Shown here: positions 39,441-50,423 of the stretch, one piece after another
Layout: each line of letters starts with the position of its first letter
Numbering within the stretch: the stretch's first letter is position 1
DNA from: Candidatus Sulfomarinibacteraceae bacterium
GTDB lineage: Bacteria; Acidobacteriota; Thermoanaerobaculia; Thermoanaerobaculales; Sulfomarinibacteraceae
Assembly (NCBI GenBank): GCA_963714885.1
Contig: CAVQQV010000038.1
Span: 65,086-129,085 of the forward strand
Direction of reading: 5' to 3'
DNA: 64,000 nucleotides
The notes under the pieces: generated by a model
Told to the model about the DNA's origin: nothing
What the model saw: the letters and a program-made list of their open reading frames with translations, nothing else
Databases searched by the model: none
Translations under genes and position numbers: made by a program

Positions 39441-39975
39441 CCGAGGCGTCGACGACCACCCCTCACCGTCGCGCCAGCCGACGAAGTCGCGGAGGTCGTT
39501 TTCGACGACGTCGATGGAGCGGGAGATCGACGCCATCTGCAGCCGCTATCCGGAGACCAAGCGCGGTGCGGCGTTGTTGCCGGTGCTGTGGCTGTGCCAG
39601 GAAAAGTGGGGCTGGATCTCGCCGGGAATCATGCGAGCCGTCGGTGAGCGCCTCGAGCTCGCGCCCGCCTTCGTCGAGGGCGTCGTCACCTTCTACACCA
39701 TGTACCAGCGGCGGCCCCCGGGCCGCTACCTCCTCCAGGTCTGCACCACCCTGTCGTGCCAGCTGTGCGGCACCCCAAGCCTCGTGGAGCACCTGAAGAA
39801 GAAGCTCGGCATCGGTTTCGGCGAGACCACACCGGACGGCAACTTCACCCTGGTGGATGTTCAATGTCTCGGCGCCTGTGGTGAGGCGCCGGTCCTCCAG
39901 ATCAATAACGACTACTACACGGATCTCAACCCCGAGACGCTGGAGACCCTCCTCGACGGGCTCGCCTCGCAATGA
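39437..39975 (+). CDS. nuoE: NADH-quinone oxidoreductase subunit E (N-terminal frameshifts as assembled)
   Basis: REIDAICSRYPETKRGAALLPVLWLCQEKWGWI, LQVCTTLSCQLCG and VQCLGACGEAPVLQINNDYY are present (2Fe-2S Cys pattern). The N-terminal ~25 aa require frame changes near 39465 and 39510. Confidence 0.85.
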
Positions 39976-41304
39976 ACGAGCCCATCCTCCTCCGCGCCCG
40001 CGGGACCAAGAACTCGCGCAGCCTCGCGACCTATGTCAAGGCGGGCGGCTATCGCGCCCTCGACAAGGCGCTGGGGATGGACCCGGCCGAGGTCATCGCC
40101 GAGGTCAAGGCGTCGGGTGTCCGGGGGCGCGGCGGCGCGGGCTTCCCGGCCGGAGTCAAGTGGGGCTTCGTACCCAAGGACTCGCCCAAACCGAAATATC
40201 TGATCTGCAACGCCGACGAGTCGGAGCCCGGGACCTTCAAGGACCGCGAGCTCATCCTGGTGGACCCGCACATGGTCCTGGAGGGGATCGCCATCGCCTC
40301 CTATGCGATCGGGGCCCACACCGCCTACATCTACATCAGGGGCGAGTTCGTCCGCGAGACCGCGATCCTGGAGGCGGCGATCGCCGAGGCGCGGAAGAAG
40401 AACTACCTGGGACCGAAGGTGCTGGGCCACGCCTACGACCTCGAGATCCACATCCACCGCGGCGCCGGGGCCTACATCTGCGGCGAGGAGACCGCCCTCA
40501 TCGAGTCTCTCGAGGGCAAACGCGGCCTCCCCCGCCTCAAACCGCCCTTTCCGGCGGTGGTCGGTGTGTTCGGGTGTCCCACGGTCGTCAACAACGTCGA
40601 GACCCTGGCCTGCATCCCGCACATCATCGAACGCGGCGCCGCATGGTTCGCCGGCATCGGCACCGAACGCAGCACCGGAACCAAGCTCTTCTGCGTTTCA
40701 GGGCACGTCGAGCGACCCGGGGTCTACGAAGAACCGATGGGGATCACCTTCCGCGAGATCATCGAGGATCGCTGCGGCGGTATCCGCGGCGGCCGCGCAT
40801 TGAAGGCCTTCATTCCGGGCGGTTCGTCGGCCCCGATTCTGCCCGCCGACAAGGTGGACACACCGGCCGATTTCGACTCGGTGGCCGCGGCGGGGTCGAT
40901 GCTCGGCTCCGGCGGCCTCATCGTCATGGACGACACCGTGAACATGGTGTGGGCGCTGGAGAATCTCCTGGTCTTCTACGCCCACGAGTCGTGCGGCCAG
41001 TGCACCCCCTGCCGCGAGGGCTCCGACTGGGCGGTCGACATCGTCCGCCGCATCCGCCGCGGGTTCGGCCACCCCGAAGACCTCGATACGCTGCGCCGTA
41101 TCGCCCGTTACGCATCTCAGGGCATGACCATCTGCCCGCTCGGCGACGCGTTCTGCGGGCCCATTACGCAGTTTTCTCGACCATTTCGGTCACGAGTTTG
41201 AAGAGGCCATCGCCAAAGCCCGGTCGCAGGCGGCGCGGCACCTTCCGATCCTGCCCGTCCGAGCCGGAGGCGATCTCTTCCTCGATGCGGAACGGCAACC
41301 GTGA
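39972..41304 (+). CDS. nuoF: NADH-quinone oxidoreductase subunit F (C-terminal frameshift near 41168)
   Basis: Motifs present: GVRGRGGAGFPAGVKW, YLICNADESEPGTFKDR, GAGAYICGEETALIESLEG and ESCGQCTPCREG. The tail SFLDHFGHEFEEAI... lies in the -1 frame and ends at TGA 41302-41304, overlapping the nuoG GTG. Confidence 0.92.
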
Positions 41305-42890
41305 TCACGCTGACCATCGACGGCACCACGGTCTCGGTCTCCGAGGGCACCAACCTCGTCGAGGCGGCGGCCCGCGCCGGCATCGAGATCCCGACCTATT
41401 GCTATCACCCCGGAATGACCGTCGTCGGCCAGTGCCGGATCTGTTTTGTCGAGGTCGAGGGCATGCCGCGGCTCGTTACCGGGTGTTCGACCCCCGCCCA
41501 GGACGGGATGGCGGTCTCCACGACGTCGGAGCGGGTCCGCGAGGCGCGCGCCGCGGTGATGGAGTTCCTGCTCGAAAACCACCCATTGGACTGTCCGGTG
41601 TGCGACCAGGCCGGCGAGTGCGGTCTCCAGGACTACTCGGTCGAGCACGGTCTCGACACCACCCACATGGTGGACGAACGGCGCACCTACCCGGGTTTCG
41701 AGCGCCGGATGATCGGTCCGCACGTGGTGCAGAACCAGAACCGGTGCATCCACTGCACGCGGTGCATCCGCTTCACGACCGAGGTTTCCGAAACCGCCGA
41801 TCTCACGATGAAGAGCCGCGGCAACCACTCCTTCATCGACACCTTCGACTCGCAGCCCTTAGACAACCCGTGGTCGGCGTGCGTGGCCGACGTCTGCCCG
41901 GTGGGCGCGCTGACGGTGAAGGAGTTTCGCTTTCGCGCCCGCGTCTGGCACCTCGAGGAGACGCCCAGCGTGTGCCCCGGCTGCAGTATCGGCTGCAACA
42001 TCGACCTCGGCCACCTCGACCGCGTCGTCCACCGTTTCGTGCCGAGAACCAACGCCGAGATCAACGGCTGGTGGATGTGTGATTACGGCCGGTTTCTGGC
42101 CGAGGGTCTCAACGACCGCGAGGTCGAGCGCCCGCTGCTGCGCTCAGACGGCCGCGACCACCCGATGGCGTGGCCCGCCGCCCTCGAAAAGCTCGCGGAT
42201 GAACTCAAAAACGCCCCCAAACCGGTGGTGGTGGCATCGGCCAACCTCACCAACGAGGCCCTCTTCGCCCTCAAACGGAACCTCGTCGACGGCGCCCGCA
42301 TGGAGGTCGTCGTCCCCATCCACACCGGACCGACCCGCCGGATGAAAAACGGCCGCGGCGAGTGGATCGAAAGCTCGGCTGCCCACCCCAACAGCTCCGG
42401 CGCCCGCCACCTGGGTCTGGCGACGGCCGACGGCGCCAGCCTCGAGGCCTATATTCGGGACGGCGCCGGGCCGTTTCTGATCCTCGACGCCCACGCCCAC
42501 CCCTGGCTGACGACGGACGCCGCCGCGGCGGCGATCGCCGGTCGCTGGGTCGCCGTGCTCGCGCGCACCCGCACGCCGCTGGTAGACGCCGCCGCAATGG
42601 TTCTGCCGGCCGCATCGTGGGCAGAGACCGAGGGCACCTACACGTCTTCGACCGGCCACATCCAGTTGGCAAAAAGGGCGCTGGCCCCGCAGGCCCAGGC
42701 GCGCCCGGCGTGGGAGGTCGTGTTCGGCCTCGCCCTCGCCCTCGGTCTCGAGCAGGAGCGGCAGGTGTCGCCGCACATCCTGTTTGCCGAAATGGCGGCG
42801 GAAGTGGCCGCCTATCGGGGTCTGGTCTGGGGAGGACTGACGGACGGCAGGCCGCTGCCGATCCGGCTGGAGGTGCCGGGTGTGGGCTGA
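41301..42890 (+). CDS. nuoG: NADH-quinone oxidoreductase subunit G (short, 529-aa form)
   Basis: Motifs present: YCYHPGMTVVGQCRICFVEV, HPLDCPVCDQAGECGLQD, NRCIHCTRCIRF, CPVGALT and CPGCSIGCN. A truncated molybdopterin-like domain follows. Confidence 0.88.
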   Translation: MITLTIDGTTVSVSEGTNLVEAAARAGIEIPTYCYHPGMTVVGQCRICFVEVEGMPRLVTGCSTPAQDGMAVSTTSERVREARAAVMEFLLENHPLDCPVCDQAGECGLQDYSVEHGLDTTHMVDERRTYPGFERRMIGPHVVQNQNRCIHCTRCIRFTTEVSETADLTMKSRGNHSFIDTFDSQPLDNPWSACVADVCPVGALTVKEFRFRARVWHLEETPSVCPGCSIGCNIDLGHLDRVVHRFVPRTNAEINGWWMCDYGRFLAEGLNDREVERPLLRSDGRDHPMAWPAALEKLADELKNAPKPVVVASANLTNEALFALKRNLVDGARMEVVVPIHTGPTRRMKNGRGEWIESSAAHPNSSGARHLGLATADGASLEAYIRDGAGPFLILDAHAHPWLTTDAAAAAIAGRWVAVLARTRTPLVDAAAMVLPAASWAETEGTYTSSTGHIQLAKRALAPQAQARPAWEVVFGLALALGLEQERQVSPHILFAEMAAEVAAYRGLVWGGLTDGRPLPIRLEVPGVG

Positions 42891-43932
42891 TGTCGCAGTC
42901 ATTGGCATCAAGCTCGCTTTCGGGCTGGCGGTCCTGTTGACCACTGTGCCGATCATGGTGTGGGTGGAACGGCGGGGTTCGGCCCTCATCCAGGACCGCC
43001 TCGGACCGAACAGGGTCGGCCCCTTCGGGCTCCTGCAACCGGTGGTTGATGTCGTCAAGCTGATCGCGAAAGAAAACCTCATGCCGTCGCGGGCTCAGAA
43101 ATGGCTCTTTCTCCTCGCACCGATGTTCGCTATCACCATCGCGCTGAGCACCTTTGTGGCCGTTCCCATAGGCGCCGACAGCGGGCTCGAACTGTTCGGT
43201 CATAAGGTCAATGGTCTGATCGTGGCCCCGGACCTCAACATCGGCATTCTCTACATCTTCGCCATCGCCTCGCTCGGGGTCTACCCGCTGGTCCTGGCAG
43301 GCTGGTCCTCCGCCAGCAAGTTCGCCCTCTATGGGGGCATCCGGGCGTCGGCCCAGGCGATTTCGTACGAACTCGCGATGACTTTGGCGGCGGTCGGGGT
43401 GCTGATGGCCGCCAGCTCGCTCCACCTCCAGGAGGTGGTGACGACGCAGGGGGGCAGCTGGCTTGCGTACCTTCCCCACTGGAATGTCTTCACCCAACCG
43501 ATCGGCGCCCTGGTCTTCGTGGTCGCAGCGTTCGCCGAAACCAACCGCGTACCCTTCGACCTCCCGGAGGCGGAGGCGGAGCTGGTAGCGGGTTACCACA
43601 CCGAGTACTCGTCCCTGTCGTTTGCCGCCTTCTACATGAGCGAGTACATCCACATGACGGTGGCCTCGGCCCTGATCACGCTGCTCTACTTCGGCGGTTG
43701 GAACCTCCCCTGGATCGACGTGCCATTGACCGGTTGGCCGGGCGCGCTGCTCTCGCTGTCGGTGTTCGCGTTCAAGGTGGCCTTCTTTCTCTGGTTCTTC
43801 GTCTGGGTTCGCTGGACCGTTCCGCGTTTTCGATTCGACCAACTGATGGCGCTCGGGTGGAAGGTGATGATTCCTCTGGCTGTCGTCAATTTTCTGTGGG
43901 TTGGGGTCGCCCTGGCCCTCGGGTACCTGTAG
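42880..43932 (+). CDS. nuoH: NADH-quinone oxidoreductase subunit H
   Basis: Motifs present: VWVERRGSALIQDRLGPNRVGPFGLLQP..D..KL..KE, GWSSASKFALYGGIRA.AQ.ISYE and ETNR.PFDLPEAE.ELV.GYHTEYS. Confidence 0.93.
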   Translation: MWADVAVIGIKLAFGLAVLLTTVPIMVWVERRGSALIQDRLGPNRVGPFGLLQPVVDVVKLIAKENLMPSRAQKWLFLLAPMFAITIALSTFVAVPIGADSGLELFGHKVNGLIVAPDLNIGILYIFAIASLGVYPLVLAGWSSASKFALYGGIRASAQAISYELAMTLAAVGVLMAASSLHLQEVVTTQGGSWLAYLPHWNVFTQPIGALVFVVAAFAETNRVPFDLPEAEAELVAGYHTEYSSLSFAAFYMSEYIHMTVASALITLLYFGGWNLPWIDVPLTGWPGALLSLSVFAFKVAFFLWFFVWVRWTVPRFRFDQLMALGWKVMIPLAVVNFLWVGVALALGYL

Positions 43933-43941
43933 GGTGCGGCG

Positions 43942-44445
43942 ATGGTGATGTGGGTCTTTCTCGCAGCAGCGGCCATTGCGATCCTTTTCGCCCTGATCGC
44001 CGTCGTCGCCCGCAACCCCATGACCAACGTCATCGCCCTGGTCGTCATGTTCTTCGCCATGGCGGCCGTGTTCGCGCTGTTGGGGATGGATTTTCTCGCC
44101 GCCATCCAGGTCATCGTCTACTCGGGCGCGATCCTGGTCCTGTTTCTGTTCGTCATCATGCTGCTCAACATCCGTAGGGTCGATCGGCTGGGCAGCGGTA
44201 GGCCTTTCCAGGCCTTCATCGGCACCCTGGTGGCGGCCGCCATCGGCGCCATGGTGCTGGTGATTGTCGGACTCCTCGTCCCCGAACAGGGCGCGGTGCT
44301 ACCGGGCGCCGCCGCCGCGGGCACCGCCGTGCCGATCGGCAGGGCCCTCCTCAGCACCCACCTCTTCGCCTTCGAGTTCATCACCCTGCTGCTGGTGGCA
44401 GCCATCGTCGGCGCCGTCTATCTGGGAAAGAGGGATCTGCGATGA
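43942..44445 (+). CDS. nuoJ: NADH-quinone oxidoreductase subunit J
   Basis: A 167-aa hydrophobic ORF in the conserved position, with [23 protein letters not shown]. Confidence 0.88.
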   Translation: MVMWVFLAAAAIAILFALIAVVARNPMTNVIALVVMFFAMAAVFALLGMDFLAAIQVIVYSGAILVLFLFVIMLLNIRRVDRLGSGRPFQAFIGTLVAAAIGAMVLVIVGLLVPEQGAVLPGAAAAGTAVPIGRALLSTHLFAFEFITLLLVAAIVGAVYLGKRDLR

Positions 44446-44789
44446 ACGCGCCCGACCTGGTCGCGATCCCCTACACGTGGGTCCTGGCGCTTTCAGCGGT
44501 GCTGTTTGCCATCGGCACCCTGGGGGTCCTCCTGCGCCGCAACGCCATCGCCATCTTTCTGTCTCTGGAGATCATGCTCAACTCGGCAAACCTCGCCTTT
44601 GCGGCCTTCGCTTTCCGCTACGCCACCGGCCACGCCACGGCCGCGGCGGCGATCGACGGCCAGGTGTTCATCTTCTTTGTCATCGCGGTCGCCGCCGCCG
44701 AGGCGGCGGTCGGTCTGGCTCTGTTTATCGCGCTCTATCGTCACAAGGAAACCATCGATGTGGACCGTTTCAACATACTCCGCTGGTAG
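44442..44789 (+). CDS. nuoK: NADH-quinone oxidoreductase subunit K
   Basis: A 115-aa ORF with [14 protein letters not shown] and [15 protein letters not shown]. Confidence 0.9.
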   Translation: MNAPDLVAIPYTWVLALSAVLFAIGTLGVLLRRNAIAIFLSLEIMLNSANLAFAAFAFRYATGHATAAAAIDGQVFIFFVIAVAAAEAAVGLALFIALYRHKETIDVDRFNILRW

Positions 44790-44795
44790 GCGCCG

Positions 44796-46790
44796 GTGAT
44801 CCTCGGCTCCCTGTGGCTGATCCCCGCCTTGTGTCTCGCGGGCGCGCTCGCCAACCTGGCGCTGGGCGCCGTGCGCGCGCCGAAGGCGGTGGTCACGGTG
44901 GTCGGTGTGGGTTCGGTCGGGGCGGCCACGGTCGCGGCCTATGCGGCGCTGTGGCAGTACCTCCATCAATCTATCGACGTCGTGGTCGAGCCCTACTTCA
45001 CCTGGATCTCGGCCGGCAGCATCACCATCGACGCGTCGCTCCAGCTCGACCCGCTGTCGGCGGTGATGATCGCCTTTGTCACCTTTGTGGGTCTGCTCAT
45101 TCACCTCTATTCGGTGGGCTACATGCACGGCGAGAGCGACCGCGGCTACGCGCGCTACTTCGCCTATCTCAACCTCTTCATGTTCGCCATGTTGCTGCTG
45201 GTTTTGGGTTCCAACCTGGTCGTGCTGTTCGTCGGTTGGGAGGGGGTCGGGCTCTGCTCGTATCTTTTGATCGGCTTTTACTACACCAAGAACTGGTGTG
45301 CCGCCGCCGGCAGCAAGGCCTTTATCGTCAACCGCATCGGCGACCTCGGCTTTCTGATCGCGGTGTTCGTCACCCTCGCGGTCTTCGGCAGCACCGAGTA
45401 CTCGACGGTATTTGCCACCGCCGCCGCCCACCCCGAACAATTCGCCGCCGCCGCCACGGTCATCGGTCTGCTGCTCTTCGTCGGCGCCGTCGGTAAGTCC
45501 GCTCAGATCCCGCTTTACGTGTGGCTGCCGGACGCCATGGCCGGACCGACCCCGGTGTCGGCGCTGATCCACGCCGCGACCATGGTCACCGCCGGCGTCT
45601 ACATTGTGGTGCGAGCCAACGTCTTCTATCGCCTCAGCCCGACGGCGATGCTCACGGTCGCCGTGGTCGGCGGCGTGACGGCGATTTTCGCTGCGACCAT
45701 CGGTCTGGTCCAGAACGACATCAAAAAGGTCCTCGCCTACTCCACCGTCTCGCAGCTCGGTTACATGTTTCTCGCCGCCGGCGTCGGCGCTTTTGTAATC
45801 GCCATCTTCCACGTCGTGACCCACGCCTTCTTCAAGGCCTGTCTGTTCCTCGGTTCGGGGTCGGTGATCCACGCCTGCGACGGCGAACAGGACATGCGGA
45901 AAATGGGCGGGCTCAGACGGCACATGCCGATCACCTATTGGACCTTCTTCGCCGCCACCCTGGCGATCGCCGGGATCCCTCTGTTTGCCGGGTTCTTCTC
46001 CAAGGACGAGATCCTGGCGCGGGCCTTTGCCGCCGGCGAGGGAGATCTCAACGGGTTCGGTAACGTCTACACCGGGCTGTGGGTGCTGGGGATGGTGGCG
46101 GCCCTGTTGACCGCCTTCTACATGTTCCGCGCGCTGTATATGACCTTCCGGGGCGACTATCGCGGCGGCGCGGAGAAGGAGCACCACCTCCACGAGTCGC
46201 CGCGGACCATGACGCTGCCGCTGATCGTCCTCGGCATTCTGTCCGCCGTCGGCGGTTTCGTGGGTTTTCCGGGCCAGCTCTTTCACGTCTCCGGGCTCAA
46301 CCTGATCGACAGATTTCTTGAACCGGTGATCCTACCCCTCGGCGGCGCCGCGGCCCACGGGGCCGAGGCCGTCGCCGAGCACGGTTCGCACGGGCTGACG
46401 CTGGGCGTCGAGTGGTTGCTGGTCCTCGGATCGGTGGCGGTGGCGGTGGCCGGGATCGTGATCGCCCGCCGCTTCTACCTGGGCCCCGAGGCCTTCAACG
46501 CCCCGCACAGGCTCGCCCAGAGGTTGCCGTTCTTCCACAAGCTCCTGCTCAACAAGTACTGGATCGACGAGATCTACGGCGCCGTCGTGATCGCGCCGAT
46601 CCGGCAATTCGCGGTGTTCTGTTGGCAGGTGGTGGACAACCTGATCATCGACACTCTCTTCGTCAACGGTTCGGCCTTCGCCGTCGAACTCACCGGCGAC
46701 CTGCTGCGCTTCACGACCACCGGCAACGTCCGCAACTACGCCATGACCGTGGCGCTGGCGGTCCTCGCCCTGGCGGTGCTGCTGTGGTGA
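44796..46790 (+). CDS. nuoL: NADH-quinone oxidoreductase subunit L
   Basis: An intact 664-aa ORF with FVGWEGVGLCSYLLIGFYY, GKSAQIPLYVWLPDAMAGPTPVSALIHAATMVTAGVY and AYSTVSQLGYM. Confidence 0.93.
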   Translation: MILGSLWLIPALCLAGALANLALGAVRAPKAVVTVVGVGSVGAATVAAYAALWQYLHQSIDVVVEPYFTWISAGSITIDASLQLDPLSAVMIAFVTFVGLLIHLYSVGYMHGESDRGYARYFAYLNLFMFAMLLLVLGSNLVVLFVGWEGVGLCSYLLIGFYYTKNWCAAAGSKAFIVNRIGDLGFLIAVFVTLAVFGSTEYSTVFATAAAHPEQFAAAATVIGLLLFVGAVGKSAQIPLYVWLPDAMAGPTPVSALIHAATMVTAGVYIVVRANVFYRLSPTAMLTVAVVGGVTAIFAATIGLVQNDIKKVLAYSTVSQLGYMFLAAGVGAFVIAIFHVVTHAFFKACLFLGSGSVIHACDGEQDMRKMGGLRRHMPITYWTFFAATLAIAGIPLFAGFFSKDEILARAFAAGEGDLNGFGNVYTGLWVLGMVAALLTAFYMFRALYMTFRGDYRGGAEKEHHLHESPRTMTLPLIVLGILSAVGGFVGFPGQLFHVSGLNLIDRFLEPVILPLGGAAAHGAEAVAEHGSHGLTLGVEWLLVLGSVAVAVAGIVIARRFYLGPEAFNAPHRLAQRLPFFHKLLLNKYWIDEIYGAVVIAPIRQFAVFCWQVVDNLIIDTLFVNGSAFAVELTGDLLRFTTTGNVRNYAMTVALAVLALAVLLW

Positions 46791-46802
46791 CGGGGGGGAC
46801 CG

Positions 46803-48296
46803 GTGTCTGATCACGTCCTGACCATCGTCATCCTGGCGCCGGCGGCGTTTGCGATCCTCCTGCTGCCGATTCCCAGAGTGTGGAAACGGGTCCACCGCGT
46901 CCTCACCATCATCGCCTCGTCGATCATGTTCGCCTTCTCGCTCAAGCTGTGGCTCGGCTTCGACCCCAACGACCCCGGCTTCCAGTTCGTCGACTCCTTC
47001 GCGTGGATACCCCAGTTCGGCATCAGCTTCAACGTCGGGGTCGACGGCATTTCGATCCTTCTCGTGCTCCTCACAACCCTGTTGCTGCCGGTCGTGGTGC
47101 TGGCCGCGTGGCGTTTGAACATCGAGCACATCAAATCGCTCCACATCTCGCTGCTCCTCCTGACCACCGGGATGATCGGCACCTTTGCCGCCCTCGATCT
47201 CTTCCTCTTCTACGTGTTCTGGGAGATCACCCTGATCCCGATGTACTTCATCATCGGCGTGTGGGGCGGGCCGCGCCGGATCTACGCGTCGGTGAAGTTC
47301 TTCCTCTTCACGTTGGCTGGTTCGGTCCTGATGCTGGTGGCGGTGCTCTACCTGACGTGGTTCCACCACCAACAGACCGGCATCTGGTCGTACAACTACC
47401 TCGATCTCCTCACCACGGCGCCCCTCCTCTCCGTTTCCGGAGGCCTGTTGGCGCCCGGGATGCTGGTGTTCGCAGCGTTTGCGGTCGCCTTCGCGGTCAA
47501 GGTCCCGATCTTCCCTCTCCACACCTGGCTCCCCGATGCCCACGTCGAGGCGCCCAGCACCGGTTCGGTCATCCTCGCCGGCGTGCTCCTCAAGATGGGG
47601 GGCTACGGTTTCATCCGCTTCAACCGGGCCTTGCTCCCGGATGCCTGGGACCTCTTCATACCGCTCGTGATGGTGCTGGCGGTGATCGGCATCGTCTACG
47701 GGGCCCTGGTGGCGATGGTGCAGACCGATGTCAAAAAGCTCGTGGCCTACTCCTCGGTCAGCCACATGGGCTTTGTCATGCTCGGGCTGGCGGCCGGGAC
47801 CCAGGCCTCGACCCAGGGCGCGATCTTGCAGATGGTGAATCACGGTCTCTCCACCGGCGGCCTCTTCCTGCTGGTCGGGATGCTCTACCAACGCCGCCAC
47901 ACGCGGATGATCGCCGACTTCGGCGGGCTGGCCGGTGTCATCCCGATCTTCACCGGGTGTTTTCTCTTTGTCACCCTGTCGTCCATCGGTCTTCCCGGGC
48001 TCAACGGCTTTGTCGGCGAGTTTCTGATCCTCGGCGGTTCGTGGGGCGTCTTCCCGACAGCGGTGGTGTGCGGCGGGCTCGGCATCATCCTCGGTGCCGT
48101 CTACATGCTGTGGATGGTGCAACGCGTGTTCTGGGGCCCCCTCGACAACCCCGCCAACCAGACGCTGCCGGACCTCTCCATCCGTGAGTTCTTCGTGATG
48201 TTCCCGCTGCTGGTCCTCATCGTGTGGATCGGCGTCCACCCCATGACCTTCCTGTCGCCGATGGAGGCCGCCGTCCGCCTCCTGTTGGCGCGGTAG
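46803..48296 (+). CDS. nuoM: NADH-quinone oxidoreductase subunit M
   Basis: An intact 497-aa ORF with [42 protein letters not shown]-like and [11 protein letters not shown]. Confidence 0.93.
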   Translation: [497 protein letters not shown]

Positions 48297-48309
48297 AGGG
48301 AGGCAGGAG

Positions 48310-49759
48310 ATGTTGACCCCCACCGCCTCTGATCTCCAAGCCCTGGCCCCGGAGATCATCCTGACGATCGCGGCCGGGCTGGTGCTCATCGTCGAGGCGT
48401 TCCTGCCGACGCTCCGTCGATACCTCTCCGAACTCACCCTGGTCGCCGTCGGCGCCGCGATCTGGGCCAGAGTGACCATGCCCCTGCCGGGGCCGGTGTG
48501 GTCGGACGCTCTCCACATCGACGGTCTCGCGTCCTACGTCGACATCTACATCCTGGTGGCACTTTTCATGACCGTGTGGATGGCCGGCCCCTTCCTGCGT
48601 CGTGTCAAAGCCGACCACGGCGAGTTCTACACCCTCCTGCTACTGGCAGCGGTCGGAGCCATGGTGATGGCGGCGTCGGTCAACCTCCTGACCATCTTTC
48701 TGGGGCTCGAACTGCTGTCGATCCCGCTCTACGTCCTCAACGCCTTTCTCCGCCGCACCGCCATCAGTCTCGAGGCCGGACTCAAGTACTTCGTGGTGGG
48801 GGCCTTCGCCTCGGCCTTCGTGGTTTACGGGATGGCGCTGTTGTACGGAGCCACCGCCACCATGAACATCGTCGACATCGGCGCGAGCGTGGTCGCGGCC
48901 GGGGCCCTCAACCCCCTCACCGCGGTCGGTCTCGCGATGGTGGTCGGCGGTCTCGCCTTCAAGCTCGCCCTGGTGCCCTGCCACGCATGGGCGCCCGATG
49001 TCTATCAAGGGTCGCCGACCCCGGTCACCGCCTTCCTGTCGGTGGTGCCGAAGGGGGCGGCCCTGATCGTGTTGCTGCGGCTGGCTGTCGGCATGGACCT
49101 CGTGGCGTTGTCGCCGAGCTGGGTGATCGGCACCAGCATCATCGCCGTCGCTTCGCAGATCCTCGGCAATCTGGTCGCCATCGTGCAGCGCGATGTCAAA
49201 CGCATGCTCGCCTACTCGGGCATTGCCCACATGGGATATGCCCTGGTGGCGGTGATCGTCGCCGGCCCCGAAGGGGGCACGGCCGTGCTGGTCTACTTCG
49301 CCGCCTACACGTTGATGAATATGGGCGCCTTTGCCGCGATCGCCCTGATGTCCGAACGCGAGGACCGGCCGCATCTGATCGACGACCTCAAGGGACAGGG
49401 GTACAACCGCCCGATGGCAGCGCTGGTCCTCACGGTCTGCCTCTTCTCACTTGCCGGTCTGCCGCCGTTTCTCGGCTTCACGGCCAAGTTCATGGTGTTC
49501 CGCGCCGCCGTCAATGCCGGCTTCGTGTGGCTCGCCGTGATCGGCGTCGCCAACTCGCTGCTATCCGCTTTCTACTATCTTCGGGTAATCTACGCTCTGT
49601 ACATGGAACCGCTGCCCGAACGGGAACCGAGGTTGGAGCTGTCGCTTCCCATCGCGGCGGTGGCGACTGTCGCCGCCCTCGGCGTCCTCGTTTTCGGGGA
49701 TCTTTCCAGGCCCCGTGCTCGACGCCGCCGCGAGCGCCATTCTCAGTCTGGTGAGGTAA
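48310..49759 (+). CDS. nuoN: NADH-quinone oxidoreductase subunit N (C-terminal frameshift at the GGGG run 49696-49699)
   Basis: FKLALVPCHAWAPDVYQGSPTPVTAFLS and AYSGIAHMGY are present. The listed ORF runs on to 49815. Removing one G gives the typical tail VFGIFPGPVLDAAASAILSLVR* ending at TAA 49757-49759. Confidence 0.9.
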
Positions 49760-49766
49760 CACACAC

Positions 49767-50423
49767 ATGGCGGCCTACAAGCGAAACATCGACACCGCGA
49801 ACATCTCCGAGCTGACGATTTCGCGCCTTTCGATCTATCTCCGGTGCGTGGACCAGCTCCTGGAGCTCGGCTTCGAGACGGTCTCCAGCCAGGATCTCGC
49901 GAAGCGGTTCAACCTCAACTCGGCTCAGATCCGCAAGGACCTCGCCTACTTCGGCGAGTTCGGGGTGCGCGGGGTGGGCTACAACGTTCGCGAGCTCCGC
50001 CAGTACATCATCGAGATCCTCGGGCTCGACCGCGAACACCGGATCGCGATCGTCGGCGCCGGCAATCTCGGTTACGCCCTCGGCCACTACTCGGGTTTTT
50101 CCACCGGCAACTTCCTGGTGGTGGCGGTGTTGGATTCCGACCCCACCCGGATCGGCGACGCCACGCCGTCCGGTCTGCTCGTCGAGGACCAGGAGCGCCT
50201 CGCGGAGATCGTTGTCCAGCGCCACGTCGAGATCGGCGTCATTACCACCCCGGCCAACGCCGCGCAGCGGGTCTGCGACCAGATGGTCGCGGCCGGTCTG
50301 CGAACGATCCTCAACTTTGCCCCGATCCGGGTCAGGGCGCCGGAAAACGTCCTGGCGAAAACCGTCGACCTCAAGGTCCACCTCGAAGAACTCAGCTTCT
50401 TCCTCGCCAACCATGATGAATGA
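49767..50423 (+). CDS. rex: Redox-sensing transcriptional repressor Rex
   Basis: ISRLSIYLRCVDQL...VSSQDLAKRF..NSAQIRKDLAYFGEFGVRGVGYNV forms the winged helix. IAIVGAGNLGYAL is the Rossmann NADH site. Confidence 0.9.
   Translation: MAAYKRNIDTANISELTISRLSIYLRCVDQLLELGFETVSSQDLAKRFNLNSAQIRKDLAYFGEFGVRGVGYNVRELRQYIIEILGLDREHRIAIVGAGNLGYALGHYSGFSTGNFLVVAVLDSDPTRIGDATPSGLLVEDQERLAEIVVQRHVEIGVITTPANAAQRVCDQMVAAGLRTILNFAPIRVRAPENVLAKTVDLKVHLEELSFFLANHDE

Noticed and set aside
46332-48518. A 728-aa ORF on the minus strand opposite nuoM/nuoL. Similar long antisense ORFs occur at 44493..46286, 42271..43842, 49743..52043, 55876..57309, 17030..18034, 10019..11269, 14154..15266, 28541..29884 and 32405..33517.
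   Set aside because: These are typical shadow ORFs of a GC-rich genome. They lie opposite genes with unmistakable family motifs. Their products are R/G/D/H/P-rich low-complexity sequence with no recognisable domains.
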